Source: Antedon mediterranea (Eukaryota; Animalia; Echinodermata). From it: a stretch of 64,000 nucleotides of DNA. Below are positions 49,301-59,881 of this stretch, in pieces. The translations under genes were made by a program, and so were the position numbers. Each line of letters begins with the position of its first letter. Position 1 is the stretch's first letter. Under the pieces are notes generated by a model that was not told the origin of the DNA, searched no databases, and saw nothing but the letters and a program-made list of their open reading frames with translations. The stretch lies in contig NC_092672.1 in NCBI RefSeq assembly GCF_964355755.1, positions 23,511,237 to 23,575,236 on the forward strand, read 5' to 3'.

Positions 49301-52300
49301 AATAGGTGATCATCTGGCTTTAAATTAGATTGAGCTTTTAATTAAAGGGGTCTTTAATAGAAGGAAGACCTGTATAGTACAACAACCATTGAAACATGTG
49401 TCTACTATTAATTCACTTACCAGCAGGTTCTGAGAGAGGATTAATCAAGACAAGATCATCTGTATTGATCCAATCTGTTTGAGTACACAGCACTGGATAG
49501 CCAGCATGACCACGTATCACAACCTCCTAGACAATGAAGTTACAAGCAATATTTAAAATACATTATATAGAATACTTAGTAGCAAGGTTGGGTTGTTGAC
49601 ATAGATGGTATGCTTCCCTCCCCTCCTTACCTCACAATTATATTTTGTGTCTATAATCTTGCCATCACTAAAACATGAATCAACACACGCTGGAACCCAA
49701 ACCTCTTACCTGGCCATTAGATTTAGTGACTATAATCTTGCCATCACTAAAACATGAATCAACACATGCTGGAACCCAAACCTCTTACCTGGCCATTAGA
49801 TTTAGTGACTATAATCTTGCCATCACTAAAACATGAATTAACACATGCTGGAACCCAAACCTCTTACCTGGCCATTCGATTTAGTGACTATAATTTTGCC
49901 ATCACTAAAACATGAATTAACACACGCTGGAACCCAAACCTCTTACCTGGCCATTAGATTTAGTGACTATAATCTTGCCATCACTAAACATGAATTAACA
50001 CACGCTGGAACCCAAACCTCTTACCTGGCCATTAGATTTAGTCACTATAATCTTGCCATCACTAAAACATGAATCAACACATGCTGGAACCCAAACCTCT
50101 TACCTGGCCATTAGATTTAGTGACTATAATCTTGCCATCACTAAAACATGAATTAACACATGCTGGAACCCAAACCTCTTACCTGGCCATTCGATTTAGT
50201 GACTATAATCTCGCCATCACTAAAACATGAATTAACACACGCTGGAACCCAAACCTCTTACCTGGCCATTAGATTTAGTGACTATAATCTTGCCATCACT
50301 AAACATGAATTAACACACGCTGGAACCCAAACCTCTTACCTGGCCATTAGATTTAGTCACTATAATCTTGCCATCACTAAAACATGAATCAACACACACT
50401 GGAACCCAAACCTCTTACCTGGCCATTAGATTTAGTGACTGTAATCTTGCCATCACTAAAACATGAATTAACACATGCTGGAACCCAAACCTCTTACCTG
50501 GTCATTAGATTTAGTGATTATAATCTTGCCATCACTAAAACATGAATCAACACACACTGGAACCAAAACCTCTTACCTGGCCATTATATTTAGTGACTAT
50601 AATCTTGTCATCACTAAAACATGAATTAACACACGCTGGAACCCAAACCTCTTACCTGGCCATTAGATTTAGTGACTATAAACTTGCCATCACTAAAACA
50701 TGAATTAACACACGCTGGAACCCAAACCTCTTACCTGGCCATTAGATTTAGTGACAATAATCTTGCCATCACTAAAACATGAACTAACACACGCTGGAAC
50801 CCAAACCTCTTACCTGGCCATTATATTTAGTGACTATAATCTTGCCATCACTAAAACATGAATTAACACACGCTGGAACCCAAACCTCTTTTTCATCATG
50901 TATCCACACCATTAACCCCTGAAAGTACAGTAAACAGTTCATTATTCAATTCAATCAACTTTTATTATCCACAATCTGATTCTTTTGGTTGTGGCAGACT
51001 CACAAATGTAAACAAACATTTAAAACAAACATTTAAAATACACATGTATACAAATTATTGCTAAAGAGTAATTTTTGTAAAGTCTAACTAACAGCTTTCA
51101 TAATAAATTATTCATTTGGAGCTTTGAGGACTAAAATATGTATTGAAAAGAGGATGTGTTTCATTTTGAAGGATCTAATAGTAATTATTCTGTATATAAT
51201 TCTTTACGTTAAAACCATTCATGAATACGTACATGTGTGACGTTTCAACTTGTTTTTAACAAGTCAGGCAATGACTATTTGTAATTTGTAATAGTCTGTG
51301 ATTTTCCGAAGTTCTTTGCCTTTTTAGGGGGCGCTAATCTACAACTAGCAAAGCTACAGTACTCCTAGGAACTACTAACATCTAGTCAGTTGCCAGATGA
51401 AGACTTATTAAAAACAAGTTGAAACGTTGCACATGTACGTATTATTTTTAAACAATCTACTGACTTAAAGAAGGGCTAGACAGATGGAATTAGTAAATTA
51501 ACCAGCCATGTGTGGGCAACCATTTCATTCCATGTTTTAATACCCTAATGAATAACTGTGCCAAGTGTCAGAATTTTCACTTCAGGTCTACTAAAGTAGG
51601 CCTACTATGCATGACAGAGAGAATATCAACAGCATTTTCCTTTACCTTTTTGAAACGACATGCTGGTTTCTTTTTAACTTGTGGCGGAATGCATCTAGGC
51701 CTAGATTTAGTAATAATCTGAAAAAAATAGCGAAATGCTAAATTTTTACAAACAAATTTTTATGAACATATAACCACTTGTGACCTAGCCTAGCTAGGAA
51801 TTTAAATGGTTATTTGGCCCTATACTACTATTATAGCCTAGACAGGCCTGCCTACAGTACTAATAGGAACAGGCTTTTGCAGAAAAGTGTAGTCGGTCTG
51901 ATTTGATTTGAATTGATTAGAAAATCATCATAAAAAATACATACAAAAGAAAGTGATAACATAAATTACTGACATTACAAATAATACAATTATAAAAGAT
52001 TTTGCAGGATAGCCCAAAAAGCTTAGGCCTAAATAAACATTCATCCCTTATAGTACCAAACAAATATTGACCAGAACCAGCAATCAACAACGCTCCATAC
52101 CGAACACCCGATTTTATCGGAACAAAAATAAAACGTCGATTTGACCATATATCAAATATAAAACTACCGCATTGGGCCCTGCGCTAATACGATCGGGCCC
52201 AGCAAATGAGACGATAGAGACCAAACTGGTTCCTAACACATGAGACGATTGGGCCAACGCATGAGACGATCGGGACCACATTTTCTGGGCCCAAGACGAT

Positions 52301-55300
52301 CGGGCAGCAAATAAAAAAATTTTACTGTGATAACCGGCCTAGACTTAGGTTAGGCCTAATATAGTAATAATACGATTTCGATCCAAGTCGGCCCTAAACC
52401 GTCTCGGCCAAAGTCAAGTCGGCCCCAAGTAAACCCCAAGTCAAGTCGGCCCCACGTCAACTCGGCCTCACGTCAACTCAGCCAAAAAATAATCGGTCAA
52501 CTCGGCCCCATTAAAGTATGGAACGCAAAAAGTGCAAATGAAGGGGATTGATAAAATAATATTTCTTCACAATTTTTTAACTATGAATAATTCTGACTTT
52601 TAATGAATATTAATATTTAGACAATAATATATTTAGCAACAAAAACAGGAATGATTTCACCAACTTTCCTTTATTTACGTTTAATAAAATTTCAAATTGC
52701 ACAATTGAAAACAATTCGTAGCTGCGCCTCCCTGTGCGTTTGGCAGCTTTTTCGATATCTACAACTGCTATGTGTTTTCGCTGACCGGGGGATTCCCCTT
52801 TTTTTTAAACGCAAAGTATGGACAAAAACGATGTACGATCATTTTTTCTATGGCCAAATGTGATGGAACGTAGGCCTCCGTCTTCGATTTACTAAATGCA
52901 ATAGGCCTACCTGCACATGTTTTTGTAACACGCGGGTACTTCTATTCATATCGGCAATGAGTTCATTTTTTTATATGATATTATTATATTATATTTTTTA
53001 TTTCTTCATTTTTTAGAGTGGATAGGCCTAGGCCTAGTAATAATCATAATAACATTAAGTACTTTTTGCGTTCCATACTTTATTGTGGCCGAGTTGACCG
53101 ATTAGTTTTTGGCCTAGTTGACGTGAGGCCGAGTTGACTTGAGGCCGAGTTGACTTGAAGCCGACTTGACGTGGGGCCGACTTGACTTTGGCCGAGACGG
53201 TTGGGGCCGACTTGACCTGCACCCAATAATACCCTACCCAGAGCCTACCTACCTAGCCTAGGCCGAGTGTTGACAAAGTGCGAGGCAGCGAGGCACGCGA
53301 GGCATGCCAAATATTTGTGCGAGGCATCATTTTATCATTTCCAAAAGTGCGAGGCATGCGGGGCATATAGTTTACAATTTCAAAAAGGTGCGAGGCATAT
53401 CTTAACGTGCTATTATGCTATATTATAGGCCTAATAATCAATCGATACAAGCGTATCTAAATAGATTCGTGTATACACTCATCATGTTGTTTATTTTATT
53501 TTACTCACATGTCTCTCGAACATAGCAGAGTGAAAATAATATTTTGTCACACCCCTGCGCCTAGATCCGGTAGACCCGAGAGATGGAAAATCCCTCTTTA
53601 CTATTTAGCAGGTAGCGGAATGATTCAGCCCTCAGCTCAGAGGATTGTGGTGCATTCCCCTCCTATAGCACGTGGTTTCAGACAGACTTCTCTCTGAGCG
53701 GCATGCCAAAGACATTTTTGACATTCCATTCTCTAGGAACAACACGTGTACCTCTCTCGCAAATAAGGTGAACAGCGATTGCCAGGACAAGTTCAATAAC
53801 TGGCGGTGAATAAAAGGTAACTGATATGCCGATCCAATAACATGCCGCAAAGAAAAAAATTGCGACAGAATTCTGGAGCGCGTGTGAAAAAAGACTTGTA
53901 ATACTAGGCCTAAAATTAAACTTTAGCTAATATGCTTAGCCCTAACCTAGATAAGAGGCCTATGTAGAAAATAATTTAATCAATTTTGATAAAATAATAA
54001 TTGGTGTAATATTTAATAATGATACACTATTCCTGTTTTAGTAAGCTAGGTATATTACGAACGATTTTTATTTATTGTTGTCCATGTACGTACTAATAAA
54101 CCTGGCGCTAGTTTCCTTCGCTTGTATTTTTACTCCAAATTTGATAATCATAACTAACTTTATCGTGTGAATACCACACCTTAGAAGTATACCTCATGAG
54201 TACTTTAATGAAAGAATCACATAAAAAGTAACAAATAAATCCTTAAATTAATGATTTTACAGGCGTGTTTCTCGCACACTGTTCGCGAATTTCACTTGTT
54301 CAATGTTCAATATTTTTGTTTCTATGGAGCGCCAAAAGAGCAACGATAATAGAGGACTAAAACTCAGTGGAATGCGTCAATTTCTCATGCATTTATTGGT
54401 GAAAAACACGTTTTATTTCAATATATTTGTTAATTTGTCTATAAAAATGTTGTAATATGTTACTGCTGATACTGTTCTGTTTTCAAAGAATAATAATCGA
54501 TCCTAAATCAACATCACTACCTAGTCTAGACCTAGGACATCCTACTAAGGATATTATGATGAATTTTTCTATTTTATTCTTTAAAAGGTTAACGAAACCG
54601 TGTACATTATCAACAGTAACATTTTTCGGCGCTAGTTCCGTTTCGCACCTGTCGTTTATTTCGACTCAAAATTGGTTAAGTAACTTTATCGTGAGTACCA
54701 CACCTTAGAATTAAGCCTCTTTAATACTTTTACGAAGGAGATCACACAAAAAGTAAAAAATAAATCCTTTAAATTGATGAATTTACAGACGTGTTTCTCG
54801 CACATCGGTTCGTGAATTTCGCATACTCGATGTTCAATGTTGTTGTTTCTATGGAGCGCCAAAAGAGCAATCATAATAGAGGGCTAAAAACTCAGTAAAT
54901 TGTGTATATTTAATGCATTTATTGGTGAAAATTACGTTCAATTTTGTCAATGCAACAAAAATATTACTGTTGATACTGTACATGGTTTTTTCAGGAGCTT
55001 TTAGTTAGGAATGAAAATCGACAAATTCATCATCATATTACATGTACTGTAGGGGTATACTTTAATCTAAATAATATGCCTCTTAGTCTTAGTCTTACTC
55101 TTAGGTTGGTTGCTATTTGAAAACAGCAAATTATTAGCAGTAAAATGTTACAGCATTTTTATTGACAAAATATATTACAATTAAACGTGTATTTCAATAA
55201 TAAATGCATTAAAAGAAGACGCATTCCACTGAGGTTTTAACCATCTATTGTTGTTGCTCTTTTGGCGCTCCATAGAAAGGAAAATATTGAACTTCGAGTA

Positions 55301-56229
55301 TGCTAAATTCGCGGCGAACGGTATGCGAGAAACATGTCTGTAAAATCATCAATTTAAGGATTTATTTGTTACTTTTTATGTGATTCTTCTTCATAAAAGT
55401 ACTTATGAGGCCCAATTTTAAGGTGTGGTATTCACAATAAGTTGCTTAACAATTTGGAGTCAAGAGGAAGTCGAAATAAAAACAGGTGCGAAACGGAACT
55501 AGCGCCCATTTTTCCTTACTGACAGTGACAAAATCTATTGAAATTGTACTTGATTTTCACCAAATAATGCGTTAAATATAAATGGATTCCACAGAGTTTT
55601 TAGCCCTCTAATTAATTTTGCTCTTTTTGCGTTCCATAGAAACCAAAATATTGAACATTGAGTGTGCGAAATGCGAGAAAAACAACGTCTGTAAAATCAC
55701 CAATTTAATGGATTTATTGTTACTTTTATGTGATTTTTCTTCATTAAAATAGGCCTACTAATTCTAAGCTGTGGTATTCAGGATAAAGTTGGTTAAAATA
55801 CAAGGCAGGTGCAAAAGGAAACTAGCCTAGCGGGCCTAGGGCCTAGGCTACTTCAATTTCGGTGATTTCCTGCCTTGCAATTTTGAGAAATGATAAAATG
55901 ATGCCTCGCATTTTTTGATGATGGTAAAACGATGCCTCGCATAAATTTCTGACTTGCCTCGCATGCCTTCCCTGCCTCGCGTGCCTCGCACTTTGTTACT
56001 ACCCGCCTAGGCCTAGGCCTAGTAGTAGGCTACTAGCTAGGCTATGATAGCCTAGCCTAGCTAGGTCCAGGAGGAGTATAGGCTAGCCTGGCCCTAGATT
56101 TATTGCACCTGACCTGCATTATCCTACATAATTGCCTGTACCTAGCCTAGCTAGGCGCCGCCTAGTAATTGCATTAATTTAGTAACTTACTTTTTTGCCT
56201 ACTGGAATGTAATTATTGCTGTTTTCCAT
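34056..56229 (-). CDS. MYO19: Unconventional myosin-XIX, 22 coding exons (56191-56229, 50814-50918, 49421-49526, 48513-48652, 47931-48044, 47520-47578, 47304-47377, 46420-46489, 46153-46255, 45342-45539, 44560-44647, 42879-43065, 42218-42407, 41749-41859, 40879-41055, 39881-39973, 39016-39072, 38324-38502, 36171-36360, 35365-35491, 35123-35265, 34056-34781), ~1091 aa
   Basis: All introns are GT-AG and the phases chain with no stops (3276 nt). Motifs: P-loop [16 protein letters not shown], switch [10 protein letters not shown], switch [17 protein letters not shown], and IQ motifs. Class-XIX-like segments are [22 protein letters not shown] and [14 protein letters not shown]. The last exon and stop are less certain. 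Confidence 0.9.
34424..34634 (-). repeat. Coding 42-bp repeat in the MYO19 tail ([14 protein letters not shown] x5)
   Basis: In-frame tandem repeat within ORF 34056-34835. Confidence 0.9.
36399..36868. repeat. 77-bp minisatellite ~6 copies
   Basis: ORFs staggered by 77 bp; lies beside the exon 19 acceptor. Confidence 0.95.
36885..37098 (-). mobile_element. Second copy of the tRNA-containing interspersed repeat
   Basis: The reverse complement aligns with 11600-11826. Confidence 0.65.
37299..37340 (-). ncRNA. Minimal type I hammerhead ribozyme, Penelope-type, canonical core
   Basis: Minus strand TTGCA-CTGATGA-AGGGCTAGTGTTGCCC-GAAA-GCTC-TGC with a palindromic AGCT stem III. It lies in a ~170-bp segment between (TA)n tracts. 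Confidence 0.7.
37540..38364 (-). repeat. 127-129-bp tandem array derived from the MYO19 exon 18 3' end + donor (7 donors)
   Basis: Unit ETI(E/Q)[10 protein letters not shown]|gtcagcttac at 37544, 37672, 37801, 37930, 38059, 38187 and 38314. Confidence 0.9.
39241..39850. repeat. 22-bp minisatellite (tgttagtatggtgttactacat) ~27 copies
   Basis: Direct tandem repeat. Confidence 0.95.
43424..44504. repeat. 49-bp minisatellite ~22 copies
   Basis: Unit cttaaaggttgcaactactttaagctaaactataaatactgtatgcaat. Confidence 0.95.
44790..44990. repeat. ~70-77-bp tandem repeat x3
   Basis: atgtgctggattagttcaaccaaggcatctaaacac is repeated. Confidence 0.8.
45082..45392 (-). repeat. 81-bp tandem array derived from the MYO19 exon 10 3' end + donor (4 donors)
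   Basis: The [14 protein letters not shown]|gtaagaaac unit starts at 45082, 45163, 45244 and 45325. Confidence 0.9.
48581..49117 (-). repeat. 92-95-bp tandem array derived from the MYO19 exon 4 acceptor + exon 5' end (5 acceptors)
   Basis: Unit tgttcatag|TGCTGAACTGTTTA...CTTGTTACTT. Acceptors are at ~48653, 48745, 48840, 48935 and 49030. Confidence 0.9.
49650..50890 (-). repeat. 79-bp tandem array derived from the MYO19 exon 2 3' end + donor (~15 donors)
   Basis: Same unit as 528-1056. The first unit in minus-strand order is the real exon end (50814). Confidence 0.9.
53265..56004. mobile_element. Non-autonomous Mutator-like/foldback element, copy B only
   Basis: TIRs with tgcgaggca / tgcctcgca repeats. 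Candidate 9-bp TSD gcctaggcc. A ~330-bp internal module is present twice direct (~54100, ~54630) and twice inverted (~55200, ~55550). Confidence 0.65.
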
Positions 56230-56536
56230 CAAAATAGTTGTCATTTTGATAGGCGCGCCTCCTCTCTCACTTCCCCAAAACCAACAGTTCCTTTTTTTTT
56301 TCAAAAACACCGCCGCGCGCCACCTATAATAAAGTATCTAATAAAAAAATAAAAAAACCGCTGTGTACCGCCCTCTCTGTTATGACTCGGTGACCTTAAA
56401 ATAAACAACAGCTATTTAAATTACACATGTTTTTTGCTATGATTTTTGCGATCAATCAATCAACAAGATAGAAGCCAAGCTTTAGCTAGGCTACAGAACA
56501 GTATTAGCATACAGTTACGTAGGCCTAGAAAATAAA
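56230..56536. promoter_or_regulatory. Putative bidirectional promoter between MYO19 and OGFOD2
   Basis: Divergent ATGs are ~307 bp apart. The stretch is CpG-rich (ggcgcgcc, ccgccgcgcgcc) with ctataataaa, and is conserved in the copy at 4278-4521. Confidence 0.6.
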
Positions 56537-56670
56537 ATGAGTCTTGATGATAGAAAGAGCTTCTATGTTTGTAGCTGTTACTACACCCATAACATATTTT
56601 TACCTAAGTTTAAACTGCATGTGACGTATATAGATGATAAAATATTTGCTGATACTGTATTTGGAAACCG
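56537..56670 (+). CDS. OGFOD2: OGFOD2 exon 1, second copy (intact ATG, 5-bp insertion near the 3' end); later exons not seen in the window
   Basis: Translates as MSLDDRKSFYVCSCYYTHNIFLPKFKLHVTYIDDKIFAD. Paralogous to 4522-4623 but carries TA-CTG-TA at 56653-56659. Confidence 0.75.
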
Positions 56671-56902
56671 GTAAAACCTGTTGCTGCCAAATCTTTGTAC
56701 TAGCTAGGATAGGCCATGGATAGGCCTAGACAGCAGAACCTGGTCTGGTCCTAGTTAATTAAGTAGAACTAGTAGGCCTGTCTAAACTAACCCTACCATA
56801 GACCTAGCCTTTATTTTGGAAATTAGATTTTTGCCGCTGTAGCCATACTGAAAACTTTACATATATGAATTTATGATATAGGCCTTTTTAGTTAGTCTAT
56901 TA

Positions 56903-57540
56903 GGGATCCAGCTAGTCAAGTCGCCCCATCGCAAAGTCGCCCCATACAAAGTCGCCCAATACAAAGTCGCCCCATCGCAAAGTCGCCCCAAAACAAAGTC
57001 GCCCCGGCACAGTCGCCGGATTATCCCTGATTTATAGTTTCGAAAATGTTAATTTAATATGATTTTAAAATGAGTTACCAGAGCCACAATTACGAATCTT
57101 TCTTCAACCTACGCGTGGATACCAGCTCATTTTTTAGGATAATAATAGGCCTAAATGTATATGTGTAGTAGGCCTTCGTATAGATTTACAGTAGTTAAAA
57201 CAATAACTGTGTTGTAAGACAATGAGTGTTATAGGCTAGTACTTATTGATCATTTTGCATTTATTGACAAGTTATGTACGTGTCTTAATTTTATAATGAC
57301 TTTTCAAAATGAAGAAAAAAAAAAGGATTTCATCGCCGATATGATTGTTTTACATGCAGGTATTTTAGTAAAATTTAAAACGCTACATTTTGACCATGGA
57401 AAAACCATCGTACAGTATCGTGTGCGTGTTTTTTAAAAAGGGGAATCCCCGACGGTCAGCAGAAAGACGTAGCAGCTGTGTGAGGAAACAGATACCAGAA
57501 GGCGCAGCTCCGATTGGTTTCAGAGAATGTTTCAGATGGC
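56903..57540. mobile_element. MITE-like element with AAGTCGCCCC subterminal repeats, related to 2527-3322
   Basis: caaagtcgcccc array. The interior (aaaaaggggaatcccc..ggtcagc) resembles the reverse complement of 2930-2960. It marks the end of duplication homology. Confidence 0.55.
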
Positions 57541-57770
57541 GAGTCGCCTTTTATTCAACAGCACAATGATCATTTTACTGAAGAAATTCTTTTGGTTATA
57601 GAACATTCTAATTATCATGCCTAATAAATATCCTCATATCGGGTGTTTATTTAATTTTAAATTAAACAAGACAGTGAAGAGGCACGGAATAATACGTACA
57701 CGGACGTACGACGAATAGGCCTACACACACGCACGTCATTATTTACGACATATAGTGGTGATATGATGCA

Positions 57771-58640
57771 ACCCAGTGGGCAAAAATTGGTTGAATTAAC
57801 GTTAATTCAACGTTATCTGCAAACGTTGAAATAACGTTGAAAAAGTGGTTGAAAATGAAAGTTTGCCTCAACGTAAATGTCAACGTTGAATCAACATAGA
57901 AATTATCAACGTTGAAACAACGTTAAAATAAGTAACGTTGAAATAACGTTGAAAAATGGTTGAAAATGAAAGTTTGCCTCAACGTAAATATCAACGTTGA
58001 ATCAACATAGAAATTATCAACGTTGAAACAACGTTAAAATAAGTAACGTTGAATTAACGTTGAAAAAATGGTTGAAAATGAAAGTTTGCCTCAACGTAAA
58101 TGTCAACGTTGAATCAACATAGAAATTATCAACGTTGAAACAACGTTAAAATAAGTAACGTTGAAATAACGTTGAAAAAATGGTTGAAAATGAAAGTTTG
58201 CCTCAACAAAAATGTCAACGTTGATTCAACATAGATTATCAACGTTGAAACAACGTAAAAATGTCTACGTTGAAATTATCAATGTTGATTCAATGTTGAA
58301 ATTATTAACGTTAAAACAACGTAATAATTAAGTTGAAATGAAAATTTGCATCAACGTAAATTTCAACATAGATTTAACGTTGAAATTATCAACGTTGATT
58401 CAATGTTGAAATATTAAAGTTAATTCAACATTATCCGCAAACGTTGAAATAACGCTGAAAAACTGTTGAATTAAAGTTTAAATTAAAAAAAATATCAACG
58501 TTGATCCATTGTAGAGTAATCAACCAAATTCAAGGTAGAAAAAATAACGTTTAATCAACGTATACAGATCAACGTTGATTCAGTGTAAACACATTTTTAC
58601 CGTTGATTCAACATAGAAATTATCAACATTAATTTAACAC
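57771..58640. repeat. AACGTT-rich tandem array (~120-bp units) starting CCCAG, probably the end of a CACTA/EnSpm-like element
   Basis: Repeated aacgttgaaataacgttgaaaa...gtttgcctcaacgtaaatgtcaacgttgaatcaac units. Confidence 0.6.
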
Positions 58641-59881
58641 AGCAATGGTTTAGTTATTAGAAGAACAGCTTATAGTAACACAACCAAAATAAGTCAAGCT
58701 GAAATCTGGCATATTTTCAATGGTAATGATTTGATTTGTTGAATTACTATATCCAATTTGAATCAACGGTTTTAAAGTAGTTGGTAGTAAAGTTACTGTT
58801 ACGTCGCAGAATCCATCAATAGAGACATTTTATAAATACTGTATATCTCACTAATCTTTAATTTCTATAAAAACATAAAATAACATTTAATCAGGTGTTA
58901 TCAAATCATCAGGCAAAATCCAAGCAACAATCAAATAATGTACATCCTCACTGACAGTTCTCAGGTACCAATGTTAAGTATAAAAAATATACTAATAACC
59001 AGTTTGTAATATGTTTGCCAACTAACATGATTGAATAACTATAAATATTGGCTGATTACAGTAAAATACAACACACGTCACAGGTGCCTTGTGCTAATGT
59101 TGCAGAAGTCCAAATGATGGCAATAACACATTACTGTAATTGCATTGTTCCGATTAGTCAATAAACAGTTGCCTCGATTCCTGTGTTGACATTGTCCTAT
59201 GGTTTCCAAAAGTGTGGCAATATTATTTTTCCAAACCTGAAACAAATTCAATCAAGTTACTGTAGTTTTAAACAAAAATAATACAGTAAAAAATTAATTG
59301 AAAGATTTATTGTCCCCAAAAAACAGGAACAATGAAGATTAATACAATCATACTTTGAACACCTTGCCATTTTGCAATTTTAACAATTTAGATATTCACT
59401 TGCCGTAGAAAATAAACAAAAACAATAAAGATTTCACTTAACAAAAATACAAAATAAACAGTATATTTAACCAAAAACCAATTGTTTGTTTAAATTGTCC
59501 CCCTTTTCAGGTACAAATGCATTTTTTTAAATCTAATTTTTTGGTCAAAGTGAACAACTCTACAGTGACGGCATATTCAACAAAACATTAAAAAAAAAAT
59601 TGTTCAGTTCAATTATATCTTTAACACATTGTTCAAAAATCATACTGTACATAAACAAAAATTCAATTCAGAACATCATTTCACACTTACACGTAAAATA
59701 TGCAATCAATTAAATTTATGTAAATAATATTGCAACACTGTATTAATACAGTATTTACGCCGTGGTTATAGGATTCCGGCACCGTAACTCAACTGCCCCC
59801 AGCGTTAGGGAATCCGACACGCTATTTCGCATGCCCAGAGCGAGGTATTCGGCGACTCTATTTTTGTCTACAACAGACTAC

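Larger units (their letters stand above)
49121..56890 (+). repeat. Segmental duplication, copy B
   Basis: Colinear with 1-5080. It is longer because of a larger 79-bp array and the 53265-56004 insertion. Confidence 0.95.

Noticed and set aside
51616-51695. Possible extra MYO19 exon ([16 protein letters not shown]|gtaaag)
   Set aside because: Its phase is incompatible with exon 1, and exons 1 and 2 already join in frame into a coherent SH3-like sequence.
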